Source: Parasitella parasitica NRRL 2501
Lineage: Eukaryota; Fungi; Mucoromycota
Length of the DNA stretch: 64,000 nucleotides
Direction of reading: 5' to 3'
Assembly (NCBI GenBank): GCA_025201805.1
Contig: MU619249.1
Span: 124,001 to 188,000, forward strand
Shown: one piece after another, positions 26,547-39,500 of the stretch
How the letters are laid out: each line of letters begins with the position of its first letter
Position numbering within the stretch: the first letter of the stretch is position 1
Notes under the pieces: generated by a model
Database searches by the model: none
The model's input: the letters and a program-made list of their open reading frames with translations, nothing else
Told to the model about the DNA's origin: nothing
Program-made: the position numbers and the translations under genes

Positions 26547-29500
26547 TTACATGGCATCACCAGCAACTTTTGCCATTAATGGAGTGGCAGCATATGCATT
26601 AGAGGCTAAATGCAAAGAGGCAGAAGATAATCTACGAGATGACTCGGAGGTGAAAGGGGAGAGAGCTTCTCTAGCATCGAGAATCTATTGTAAAAATAAA
26701 TAAAATTAGCGAGGTATATCCCATATATTATATAAATTTTGATCACTTTACTCGCTTTGCAAGACGAGCGACACATTTATCTGTGGCAACAACTTCCCAA
26801 GCAAATTCAACCTTGTAAGCTAGTTCGATACATCTGGCTAAATGCTTGGATTCAACTTCACCCATACCAATATATTCTTCTTCAGCAGTGAGGGGTATAA
26901 TTTCTTTGTTATTGCCCAACGTATTTTGCACCCATTTAAGTACGACCTGTTTAGTGGTATCCATATCGATTACGGATGGGGCAACGGGCTTTTTGATTTT
27001 GAAAGGAGCCGACACAGCCATGACGTTGTGCTTGTTATCGTGCTGATACCTAAACTCATAGACACCTTCCTTCCAAGGTAGTTGAGAAGCACCAAAGCTG
27101 ATAACACCCTCAGTAAGAGCAGGCGTTTCAGGAGGAAAGATGGTGTCCCCACTTTCAGTGTTTTTGGCTGCATTGGTCCAGTGCCATAAGCCGCGAGAAC
27201 TAACATTAGTGATATGCTTGCTCCTGTTTGTGCCAATTTGGAAAATGCCAATCCAATCTTGGGAGCCATGGTTATCGGGTGCTTTCCATTGCACAGAGAT
27301 GACTTGACCCATTTCAAATGTATTAGCGTTGCTGTTGATAACCCTGACAGAATATTTGGATAGGTCAAAGGTGCTGAGATCGCTCACTGTCAATGGAATG
27401 ACCCGAGAACGGGACGTTTCTAATAGCTGCTTTGTTTCCGATAAAACTTCTTGTAAACGAGGTCGGGCTGCATCTACAATGTCTCCCACTGTCTCCTCTA
27501 CAGCTTTCTCAACCTTCTCAACAGTTTCTTTCACAATACGCTCGACTTGCTTCGTGCTGTCTTGCTTTTCTCGGATCAGTTTGGCAATCTCTTGTTGAAG
27601 TTTCTCGGGAATGGTTTTGGGAATAGCGATGGCAGCAGATTTGAGAGTTTTGGTCAAACCCGCTTCTTTACGGATCTGATCTCCATATAACTTGCGCATG
27701 TGGGGGCTATACAGAGAATATTACATGTAAATGTGGAATTCTGTTTTCGCGGTGATTTATACTCGCATACTTACTCTTCTACATATTGAAGGAACAAAAC
27801 GTTGCAGATTTGAGAGAACAAGGCCAAGGCAAAGATGGTTCCGTTGTTAGCAATCAGTGTCATACCCCAGAAAGCAGCATGGCCCATAATTTTTTCAGGG
27901 TTGTTTAAAAACCTATTTTTTTTTTTTTTCAGTAACGAACAAACAAACAATCCAGCCAGCCAGTTTACCTGTAGATTCCAGTATACAGCAGCTCGGATGG
28001 ATGGTCATCCATAAAAAAATCGCCATAGAACCAACCAAAATCGCCAATGACTTCGTGGATGGATACAGATGTCCAAACATGAAGAGAGATAAAAGTGAGG
28101 CCAAGTGTATGTCTCAACAAAGTGGTGCCATAAGCCCAATTATCAGGCAGAGTGTAAGTTTTCCAACAGGCAATAAAGAATGTTACGTAAGTCATGCACA
28201 ATGTGAGATTGTAGATACTAAAATCACCTCGAGATTAGCAATCAAGACAACACCCGCTCACACGCTCACACACATACCTTTTCCAGTTCTGAAATGCCTC
28301 TTGAGCACTGCCGCCCCATTTGATGAAATGTCGAGTAAAGAATTTGTTGTTGGATTGAGCACGAAGGAGGGCACCGTTACCTAGAGAATGAATTGCGCGC
28401 CAAAAGAAGGATTGAACGATAGAAATCACAATGCCAATTTTACCGGGGATAAGAAGAGGCGTGATTATAGCGTACGCCATCATCATGGCAGCTACACAAT
28501 CAGTCGCCCTGAATAGGTCAAAGTTTTTGAATACAATCAAATCTCTACGAAAGTAGTTGGCATAATTAACAGCTGTAGTGGCGACATCTTCTGTTGTCAA
28601 GGATGATGTTGACGATGAAGGTCGTTTAAGAGCAGGTGGCGGATTGTAGATTTTATCAATATCTGTGTGCAATGTTTAGCAGATGGCTCATCCTATGCAT
28701 TTGCGTGTGAGTCTACTTACGAGGCGTTTCAACTAAAATGAGAAACGCAAACTGAAGGGCATGAGCGGCAATACTGACAAACAAAACTGTATAGCTTGCG
28801 CATAGTAAAGAGATGCCGTAATAACCAAAGTACCCAATAGAATACATTGGATGAGGGGCCATTTCAAAGACGCCGTCAAATGTAAGCGATTGCTCAATCA
28901 AAAAGAAGAAGTCGCCCCAATCTATTACAGATGCGTTAGTACGGGATGTGTGACACAAATACACACTGATGAGCTTACACCAAGCAAAGTCCTTGACGAC
29001 TCTTTGAGCATCGATTTTGACCCAAATGTTGAACACGATCAAGAAGATACCCCCGAGCCATCTTAAAGTATCGCCCAAGAAGATGGATGATTGCGGTGAT
29101 GTGTTGAACCAAGACAGAGCAAAGCAAACGTAGGTTGTAAAATCGTTCATCAAGATCAAATCCACTAATTGTCTGTACAACATCCAAGTATTATACTCAA
29201 TAGGAGCCGTCTATTTCTCCCTATTAGGATTTCATATACTCGATTACGCTGTACCAGATAAATATACTTACAGCAAAATCATAATCATCTCCCATTTTGA
29301 TGCTTAATTGGTGTTGAAGCCAATGATATATTCTGGGATTCGCTTCACGGTCAAATATTTGATAATGTCTGGCTAAGCGAACCAAGCCTCGGCTATCAGA
29401 TTGGTATTTGAGCAACACACCTAATCCGGCATTGTAGGCCAAGCGCCAAACAAAGAAGATAAACAGAAACAAGATTCTTTTGGCCCATACTGGCAATACA

Positions 29501-29829
29501 AAGAACAGCCCAATCTCAAGAGCCATGATGCCTAATGTTACCCAGTCAAACACACCTTTCTTTTGCTTTGGATTCAATAGAGTCGCAACCATTTCACGAG
29601 TGAGGGGTACTCGAAAAACTAATGACATGTCAGTGTATGCATATACATGTATGCAGACTCAGCTGCATTGTTTACCTTTGCCGTCAGGTGTTTTTCCGTA
29701 AGAGTATCGCATGTCTTTTTTAATGTCGTCAAGATATTCATCACTAACTGACGACGATGACATTGTATCGCTACTAGTGTCGTCGTCAATGGTAGTCTTT
29801 GTACCTCTACGGTGTATCTCGTATCCCAT
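26547..29829 (-). CDS. CHO2: Phosphatidylethanolamine N-methyltransferase
   Basis: [101 protein letters not shown]. Confidence 0.95.
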
Positions 29830-30121
29830 GCTTGTTATTTTGTTGAAAAAATAATGCGAATCAAGACAAAAGAGGAAAAAAAAAGGAAAGATGAAAGATG
29901 AAAGAAAGAGCTAAATTTATGCCAACAACGCATTTGCAATAGTATATGATAAGCATCAAGCACACGTGAATATAGCAGTCAGTTCATGTTCTAGCAGTAG
30001 ATGTGTAAATTGATGGGGTCCGTTCACTTGGGAAAGCACTGTACCACCGTACGAGAAATCACTCATTTTACAACAGAGGATAGAGCCAATCAATCCTAAA
30101 CAAGTTTTTTAGGTTTTTTTT

Positions 30122-32581
30122 TTATTGCACTGCGAATGTATGCGGACCACCAAAAATGTTGCTCAGAGATCCGTTTGAACTGCCAAACACATGTATAGGG
30201 ATTTGGCAATCAAAACTGCTAGCTGCAATCTGAGCTGAAGCATGATGGTATCGATGCGATTTATCCTCAAAGGTAAGCTGGCTCGCATCCGAAGTTCCAG
30301 TGATGAATTCAATCTTTAGATAGTATTGCAGCTTCACTACAGCGATTATTAGAAGCCAATAAGCAGGGCAGGAAATCGTCAACTTACTGGCTGATGTATA
30401 AAACTCTGGGGATTCACTTGCTGGCACATTCAATGAAAACGACACCCTTTTATCGTATCTACAAAACGAATGATGTCCAGCATGTCTTTTTCTAGAGACT
30501 CGAGCTATGTAATGTGGCTGTCTTGAAGCAATCGAGTCATCTACAACTTCGTTGCTTTCTAGATAAATCGAGATCTAATAGCATAAATAGTCTTAAGAAA
30601 CATAACGTGTATCACACATATACAAATTCAGTCGAGGTACCTGAAATGTTGGTATGACAGCACCCTCGAATTCGATAATTCCCTGAATAGGTTCGCCCAG
30701 TCTAAACAGCGTCTTTACGAGATGAAGCTGTGCTACTCGCCTATTATTTTTACAGATATCAAAAGTAGCTATTTCAGCGTTAAAATAAGCTTTATAAACA
30801 CATCTGTATACGCAGGCTTATATCAAGCTTTACCTCGTTTGCTTGTATTGGAGATATGAGATATATTCTGTCGACACGACTTCCCGTTCATATTTGCTTC
30901 TTCGTCAGCATCGTGCTGGTCATGCTCGTATAGATCGTTCTCTTTTTGCATAATCTTATCAACAGATTTGTTGCATGCTGTTTTGTCCAGTAATCCGTCA
31001 ATATAATCTATGAAGTCTGCTCGAGATTTCCTTTTCACTATTTTCGCTCAATGTGTTAATATACTATAGATATATATATAAAGAATTTTGATAAATTACC
31101 AGATATTGGTTTTTTGTTAATGGAGTTTCTTGTTTTTCCATCTTTAGGTGACGATTTCATAGGAATAGAATCGATAATAGCTTGATCGGTATAACAGATT
31201 TCGGGACTCATTAGGTCATAGACCGGTCTACTTCCATCCTCTGCGTTACCAGAAAAAAAATTAGTAATCATTACTAGTACTTTTAGACTAAAAGGTTGAT
31301 GGTCTAATACTTTACCAGATACATGATTAAATACACGAAATGGAATTCGTACAACATGTCCCTGTAAGCCAGTCTGTTTTGCTGATGAACCACCAGATCT
31401 CTGCGTACCTATCACAAGGTAATAGTTGAATTTGATAGATTTTCCTCTATGCGTCGGCGGTATATTCTTTGGTAATTGGAGCTTGTAGGAATCTAATCTC
31501 AAGGTAAGTGAATGTCTCGTCTTTGTGGATGGATACTTATTACATTTTCCAGTCTCCCCTGGAGCAAGATGTAAATCCACAAACAAAATCGAGGGTGGCG
31601 TAGAAAACACAGGTATAGTTGCATGAGATTCTGTTGCTGTATGTTAGCGCCTTACATTGAATTTAAGCCGTCAAAATATAATGTATACGTACCTCGCTTG
31701 TTATATGGCGATTCAGGCCGTCTCATGAGCATCCCACCTCCACCTCCACCTACTGATGATGTCCCAAATGGATGATACATAGCTTTCGATTTCAATGGTG
31801 CAAATTTACTGGAATCTAGCATCTTTGGATCTGCTACGAATTGGCCAACCACTTGCGCAAATCCCCATAATACGTGCTCTGAATAATTTTTCTGTGTAAA
31901 AGAAGAAGATCGATAGAATGATGTAGATATTCGAGAAAGTTGATTAGGGTGTTTTCGAGATGAAATTGGTGAAAGGGTAGACGTTGTAGAATCGATTGAG
32001 CTTCGTCTGCTCAAAGAATAGACAGATCGTGTATATGTGCTTTCAGAATCGTCATTGATCTCAATTATTTGATCTGAAGAGTCGGTTTCTTTGGTTATAT
32101 GTTGAATATCTATATATTCGCTAAAATGTCAAGCATTTGGATGATATGAATTGTTTCTCTATCATACCTTTCTCAATCTCCTGTGCAGATTCTGACTCTC
32201 TTGTGGCTACAATAGTAGAACCGGTAAGATAGGAGTATGTTGAAGAAGCCAAAGAACTCAATGACATTCTGCGTGAAGGTGGAGTCGCTATGGCTAGGCT
32301 CTCTACCTCTCGCAAGGAAGGTTTCGGATTAGTATGAGTTAAATCGAGTGATGAGTAAGAGTTAGCTCTTGTGTGCTGATTAGATTTGTTATTGAAAGTT
32401 CCATTATGGCCATTCTGATGAGAGTTGGTGAAGGATATTGTACATGATAAAGTTTCACCTGCATAAAAAACTGCCCCTTGAGAAAAGACAGTTGTCACTT
32501 TTTGTAAGAAACATTTAGCAAAAACTTCATCTCCTTGTATACTATACACTATATATCTTACACACCAGTAATATTGCTCAT
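30122..32581 (-). CDS. RGP1: Rgp1 (Ric1-Rgp1 Rab6/Ypt6 GEF subunit)
   Basis: VFYAGETLSCTISFTN, LWGFAQVVGQF, FSTPPSILFVDLHLAPGE, PPTHRGKSIKFNYYLVIGTQR, FRLGEPI, FDCQIPIHV. Multi-exon. Confidence 0.9.
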
Positions 32582-33759
32582 GAACGACAGTGTTTCCAGT
32601 GTAAATTGTGAGTAAAAGAAGAGAAAGACCCCTTTTTTGTAATCGCGTCGTTGGCTTCTCTATTATACAAGAACGATTTATTAACACAGGTGTTTCTATA
32701 TGTTAAACCTCAGCTTTTCAAGATACATACACTATAACAAATTTCTACTTGAATGAGGGCCCTATAGACGCATATGAAGTATATGCTTCTATCTGGTAAA
32801 TTCAGTGAGAAATTTCGTGTACTATTCTACTTGATTTACGCAAAATGAACAAACAAATATAATCATGGGTTTCGTAAGCAATTGGGCATGATAGGTTAAT
32901 GATGATTTATGTTGCTTGTGCAACGACCTTGTAAAGCTGGACATAAGCAAACCCCCACTTAATATTGTCTACGAATAAATGATTGGCAACACAATAGATT
33001 CTGTTAAGCCTTATTTAAATTACTATAATAAACAGTTTTTAATTACTTTTATAACAATTCTAAAGCCAGGAATGAAAAGTTTAAACCATAGAGTATATTT
33101 CAGGATGAATCATTTTTCCGTCATAAAATGAAGCAGCAAGTTACAAGTATAGTTGCGACATCCTATCTCCCAGATCTTGAAGTCATCTTGGTTTCATGTA
33201 ATAAAAGACAACCTCTTGGCTGATTATTATTCCAATATCCTATTATTTCAATCAATAATTTCTTACATTCAGCTACATCAAAAGTATAAAAAAGTTATAT
33301 AATAATCACAATGTATTGATTCGGTTTCTCATAAAAAAGACAATGCCCTAATTCAGATCTATCCTCATATTATATCCGAGCCACGTGGTCCATTTTTGGC
33401 TCAAAGACGACTAGTGTTGAAACCATACGTATACGTGTGTTATCAAAATAAAGCTTCAGCGGCAATCCGATCATCGCATACAGTATAAGTTTGTTTTGCA
33501 ATCATTTAATAAGAATTGGAGGAACAAGATGATTCAAGTTTTTTCGCCCGACTTTAAACAATTTTTCAGCATTAAAAGCTTGTATTTTTATTTGAAAATA
33601 TATAATACCAATACAGTTCGTATCTTCGTGAACACTCACAGAGTTTTTTTGTTGAGGCTGTTTGTCAAAATGAGATAGTATTCTTGGGACATAACCCTGA
33701 CTTCTTGAAAATCAACCAACTGGGGAAAATCATTGAATGTCTTCTACAATATTCTAAAT

Positions 33760-34075
33760 GACAAAGCTAAACTTATCATGAATTATTGGCTGATTAAAAT
33801 ATAAATAGGTCTTGCTCTGACTACTTGTGCGTTGTAATAATCTTGTTTGACAATCAAGTGTCAAGAATGATCTGATTGTATTGAATAGATTGATACGTAT
33901 TTATTCTATATTATAAATAGACAACTTCTTTTCAATAAATAAACTCTTTGGCTTTGTACCTTGTAAATTAATAGTCTTTATTATCTTCTTTCTTCATCAT
34001 ATACAATCATATGCTGTGCCCGTTTCGAAATCTGGCACAACAAAGTTATGACAAAAGCAACTACTCTGATTCACT
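33760..34075. repeat. Dispersed degenerate repeat, partial copy C
   Basis: Matches the 3' part of copy A: taggtcttgc, atgatctgattgtatt, tataaatagacaacttc, aatagtct. Confidence 0.75.
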
Positions 34076-34311
34076 GCTACTTCATTTCTGCAGAAAAAAA
34101 ATCTCTTTTGTAATTATATTAGAAATTTTTGCTATTGATTAGGAAAAAAAAGTATTATTAGATAGCCCTGATTCTTATCTATCAGAATTATGCTTTTTCC
34201 CAGCTTAGGGAGCCATTTAGTATCAAGTATGTCCAGAAGATTACTTTTTTGCAGAAATAATAACTCTTCTTCTCCTGCACAAATATTTGGAAGTTTATAA
34301 CCTAAACCTTT

Positions 34312-34374
34312 TTGAATTCACTCAATTCTTTTCTGAATGCACTCAATTCTTTTCTGAATGCACTCAATTCTTTT
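34312..34374. repeat. Minisatellite, ~3 copies of 21-bp unit ctcaattcttttctgaatgca
   Basis: Direct reading; units begin at 34321, 34342 and 34363. Confidence 0.9.
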
Positions 34375-34420
34375 GCTTATAAACTCTATTACATTTTTCA
34401 TTTCTGATAATAAAGTTACT

Positions 34421-34422
<2 letters not shown>

Positions 34423-34473
<51 letters not shown>
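34423..34473. repeat. Poly(T) tract, ~50 nt
   Basis: Direct reading; upstream of the JMJD7-like gene. Confidence 0.95.
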
Positions 34474-34477
<4 letters not shown>

Positions 34478-34613
34478 TGAAGTAGTAGTAATCATAAAAT
34501 TGGTGAAATATAGCCATTTGGACATTTATACACTACATAGACGATATTGTGGCTTATTGATTTACAGACAAAAGAATAATTTACATTTGTCTTCTTCATA
34601 TTGTTCTTAGAAA

Positions 34614-35910
34614 ATGATTGACCAAAAAGATATTGACAATATTTTTGTCAGCTACATTAAAGAGTATCAAGGTAAAAAACGACAATTTATCGATTCAATC
34701 TTCCTTTTGTGATACTGATACTTCAAAGATATTAATGGCACATACGTGAAAGTTTATGAAAAACCACCAACTCCTTTGGAATTTTTAAGAAATTCAGTAC
34801 AGCCTAATAGACCTGCTGTTATCAAGAGTATGTGTATTTGAAAATGCGTAGCAATTCATTTTATTTAAATTTTGGCTGAACTTTTACAAGATGGCTTTGA
34901 CCATTGGCCAGCAAGAACACGTTGGACTAACAAATACCTACGCTCAATAATGGGAGAAAATACAGTGACCGTGGCAGGTAGTTATGCAAATTTATGTCAT
35001 AATTTCAGTTGATATTCATATGTGAATACAATAGTAACACCAACTGGGTATATATGTACAACTTTTTGTTCAGCACTACAGTCTATCCGCTAAATCACTT
35101 AACAGATATGCAGATGCTGTAACATTTGACCCAATCACTAGAAAAGAATACTTTACAATGCCCTATGAAGACCATATGACATTTAGCACCTTTTTAGATT
35201 TGGTTGAAGGAAATCAGGATTCGGAGAATGCCAATTATATATCTTTGCAAAATGGAAGTTTGCCTGCAGAATATAGTGCTATTGAAAATGATGTCGATAA
35301 AGATATAGATTGGTGTAGTGAGGCATTGGGCAAAAAACCAGACGCAGTTAATTTTTGGTTTGGAGATGATAAGAGTACTACCTCGCTGCATAAAGATCCA
35401 TATGAAAATTGCTACGCTGTGATAAGAGGACAAAAGACATTTATTTTGTATCCACCAACAGAGTATTACTGCATGCATGAATCTGTCTATCAAAATGCTA
35501 TATACGAGCCCAATCCAACAACCAGAAAGCTGGAATTAAAGCCAATTGAAGGAACAACGCCCTGGATTTCTGTCAATCCTCTACATCCAGATTTCGCCAA
35601 ATTCCCTCGTTTTTCTCATGCATGCCCAATTACAGTTACATTGACGGAAGGAGAGATGCTTTATTTACCTGGTAAGATGCCTTATTATCTGTGACGTTCA
35701 GGGTTTACCCACATTTGGATAGCATTATGGTTTCATCAAGTCATGCAAAAAGGAGATGAAGGTGTCATTGCCATCAATTACTGGTACGATATGGATTACA
35801 ACAATACATTGTACTCTACCATGGCTTTGCATAGAAAGCTATTGACAGGAATCATAGAAAATAATAGAGAGTTGCTGCATAATGAAGGCAGTGAAAGCGA
35901 ATTAGAATAA
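34614..35910 (+). CDS. JmjC-domain hydroxylase, JMJD7-like (cupin_8)
   Basis: PTPLEFLR..PNRPAVI, WPA..RW, VAVTPTGYADAV, QNGSL, PDAVNFWFGD..TTSLHKDPYENCY, LYLPALWFHQV, IAINYWYDM. Fe ligands H-x-D...H intact. Confidence 0.92.
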
Positions 35911-35928
35911 ATAAATGGTTCTTTTATT

Positions 35929-36450
35929 TTAAAGTTCCAAAATACAATCAATCCAAGGTTCAGGGCCGTGGACAACCTCGCTGACACCTATCTTTTTGAA
36001 TCCTACGCTTTCATAAAGGCCAACGAGATTAGGTCTACTCAATAAAGCAATGCGATTGTATTTCTTGGAAGTATTTGCTGCATTTACTTGCTTCAATTGT
36101 TCTATCCACTTCAACATGAGTTTAGTTGCGATCCCTTGTTTGCGGTGATTAGGAGAGACACAAACACTGTGCAAACAAATAGTTTTCCCTAAAGGATCGT
36201 GTTTGCTCATCGACTCGTCTGTTACCAAGTCTCCACGAGTAAGTGTAGTGCACAGAAATGCAATAACTTGCTCGTTTTCAGTCAAGTTGCGACACACAGT
36301 AAAAAGCTCAGGACCTGATTCTGAAGCATATTTGATGCGACGTTCTAATTGTTCTTTTGAAGCCGCTTCATCTGGATGATACGATGCTTGTTCGTATTCA
36401 TGAATGATGTTTAAATCACCCAAAGTAGCGGGATTGTAGGCAAGCTTCAT
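35929..36450 (-). CDS. GNAT acetyltransferase, polyamine/arylalkylamine N-acetyltransferase (Paa1-like)
   Basis: EQASYHPDEAASKEQLERR, ESMSKHDPLG.TICLHSVCVSPNHRKQGIA, LYESVGF, SEVVHGPEPW. Intronless. Confidence 0.9.
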   Translation of the reverse strand: MKLAYNPATLGDLNIIHEYEQASYHPDEAASKEQLERRIKYASESGPELFTVCRNLTENEQVIAFLCTTLTRGDLVTDESMSKHDPLGKTICLHSVCVSPNHRKQGIATKLMLKWIEQLKQVNAANTSKKYNRIALLSRPNLVGLYESVGFKKIGVSEVVHGPEPWIDCILEL

Positions 36451-36556
36451 GTATGGCAAAAGTGAGAAAAAGAGATGCAGAGACAGTAATTAGAACGACT
36501 GTTTAAATTTCTATCATCAATTGCAGTTTTAGATTTGAAGTTTATTTTATTTAGTT

Positions 36557-39500
36557 TCAAGATGTGACTGAATGGTATGAATTTGTTGAGGTGGCAGCAG
36601 GAGAGGGATTCCTATGCATACTTGCCACATCACTGTTATTGGTATCAAAATTCAATTGTGATCTTTGGCTAAATGAAATGACGGATTGATTATCGCTGTT
36701 ATCTACATGTAGTAAGCTTAGTGAAGATGGATAGTTGAGACTACTCCATCTTGGTAATGATATCGGTTGGTGTTGATTCTTAATTCTACTGACATGGAGT
36801 GCAGATCTAGTGAAACAGATGTTGGCATAAATTATATCATTTCTAAATGGGACATTATACTGTACATTTCTTTTCTATTATACATTGAAAGCACCTTCTT
36901 CCTGAGCTTTTCTCCACTGTACTTTTTAGGAAGCTGATCTTTTGTAACCAGCACAATTGTATCTATCAAAAGAGAGTGCTTTTCTAATATGGAACTCACA
37001 ATCACTGGTATTGCTCCCAGAAAAGACGTAGTGGATGGCCTAATAGCTGCCACTATTATGATTTCCTTGCTATCCACTTGAATAGCATAGCTACATCCCA
37101 AGAAATTAACACATGCGGCAAGATACTAATCGGCAGTCCTTACCATCCTTCTCCTAGAACATCTGCATGGCAGTTCTCTACAGTCTCTTCAATGTCAACT
37201 GCAAAATGAAGCAAGCCCTTTGACGTAATAATTTCATCAATATGACCAAGAACATAGAGACATTGTCCCTCTTCACCTGGTGCCTGCGCCCCCATAGCCT
37301 TTCTTGTCACATTCCAAAGAAATCCAACATCACCAGTACGCATATATTTGATACGGGGATCAGTGCCTTGAATGGTTGCCTCGAATATGTTTGTATAATC
37401 GATAGAAGAATTATAAACCCCTTTGACATTGCTGTCAGACGAGACCCAGATTTCTCCCATGACATGGCTTGGACAGAGACACAGGGTTTCAGGGTTGACA
37501 ATGGCTATCATTGTATTTGTGGGTACAATACCCGAATCTTGCAAAAGTACGCCATAAGAACTTTCATCTCCCTTAGCCAAGGGTCGAATGATGCCTTGCC
37601 TCAGCCATTCGAAGTCAGCAATCAGTGAAATTGGCTCCAGCAGCATGAATGAGCGGGTTGTGATCATTGGATTGTAGGGATGACTGTACACGGTATTGAT
37701 CGCCTCTCTTTCAACTCTACTCAAAGAAAGGTAGCGTGAAATTTTTTCATAAAATTTCGGCTTTGTTCTACTGGAGACCGACAGCATGATGTTCTGAGTA
37801 TTTTGCAATGAGATTCGTCGTTGTTCGTTGGGCGGGATTCTGTTCATGGCGAAATCAAACAACATGTAGTTTGTGCAAATGGTGGGACATTTGTTTCTTG
37901 CGACCAATTCGAAATAAGTTGTGGGTGAGCTTTTAAATTCCACTGTAGGCATCAGGATGGTTGTGCAACCCACATATACACCGCAGAATGCTGCATAAAG
38001 TACGCCCAGCCCCTCGAATGCACTTAATCCTGTTACTATCAGCGGTTTCTGGAACTTGATTTGACAGGTCAGTTTTTGGGATCTGCATTGAGCCACAATA
38101 GTGTCATGACTGTAAGAAATGTATTGATGAGTAACATGTTCATAGTCACTTGTTTCCAATTGACTAATAAGAATAAAGGCAGGCCGCTTTTTATCAGTAG
38201 TCCATTCAGATTTAACCGAGAATCCACTTTCTGGTCCAAGCATCTTATTGAAACGGGGCGCCTTGTCAATATTGATGTGATCAGGCAACTTTTTCATTCC
38301 AATCAGCTTTCCAGTCCGTGTTGTTGAGATTTTGATAGACTGCAGCACATTTTTGTTGCGCAATATATCTTCAGACTGAGAGTTTACAATGACGTGCTGA
38401 ATGTTAAGATCATGAATCGTGCGCACCATGATATTAATGTCCTCTTGAAGACGTTTTTGCGAGGGCTGCGTCAATTCGGGCGGCGGACAGAGAGCTGGAA
38501 TCAAGCCCAAGACAAAGCAAGCGTAAAGGACCCGCACAAAATCAGGTCCAAAATGCAATAAAACCAAAACTCTTGTACCTGCTTTCAAGAGGCCCTTTTT
38601 TAAAAAATAGTTCGCAATGGTAGCGACCTGATTATTGAATTTCCTCCACGAGAAAGGCTTTGTGCCGCTTTGATTGACTACAGCAAATGCATTCTCTTCC
38701 GGGAATAGTGATGTACGCCACAGCATGATATCAACTAGGTTGGTGAATCGCGATAGATCATAGCCCGAGCGTTCGTCAGTGGCAACTTTGACTATTTCTA
38801 CTCCAGAATGCTGAGGCTGTGGTCGAGACGATATCAACTTTAGTGTTAATGCTCTTTCATAGGACAACGGGATCGTTTTCCAAACAGAAATGTCTTGGTT
38901 GTCAGACAAAGACCCAGCCTCGCTGAATACAGTTCGATCTACATCCACTTTCAGATATTTAATCGGCAGTTGTCCTGATAAAAACCGACGTTTTGCGATT
39001 AAATGATGAATATACTGATTGCCATCTTTGAGGTAACGTGGAAGCTGTCCTTTGTTCACACTGATAACTGTATAAAGTCGAAGCCCATGGTATGCTTGTA
39101 CCACGTTAGTGGCATTTTCTACCAAATTACTCAATTCTTGGTCCATCAAGTTTGATTCAATCACCAATACAGGTAAATATTGACCATTGACTTGAATGTC
39201 AAAAATAACACTATGTACATATAACGTATGTCCGTTAAGTTGATAATATAAACAAATAATTTATACACATACCACGAATCTACACGAGTTTTTCTCGTAA
39301 TTGTGTTAATAACATCTGTGCTGATATGTGTTTCTTCAACACCCAACTCATTTCCTAGTCTTTGCTGTCGCACACAATCTTCATAAGCGCCCAAAACAAC
39401 CAATCTTCCACCTATCATGGTACCCAATAAACCTGTTCTAAGGAATTCCTGGCCATATTTCTCAGGATACAATGAATCTGCAGGTACAACTACAGGAGTG

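Noticed and set aside
34312-34374. Direct repeats superficially like a CRISPR array
   Set aside because: Tandem units without spacers, eukaryotic context, no cas genes.
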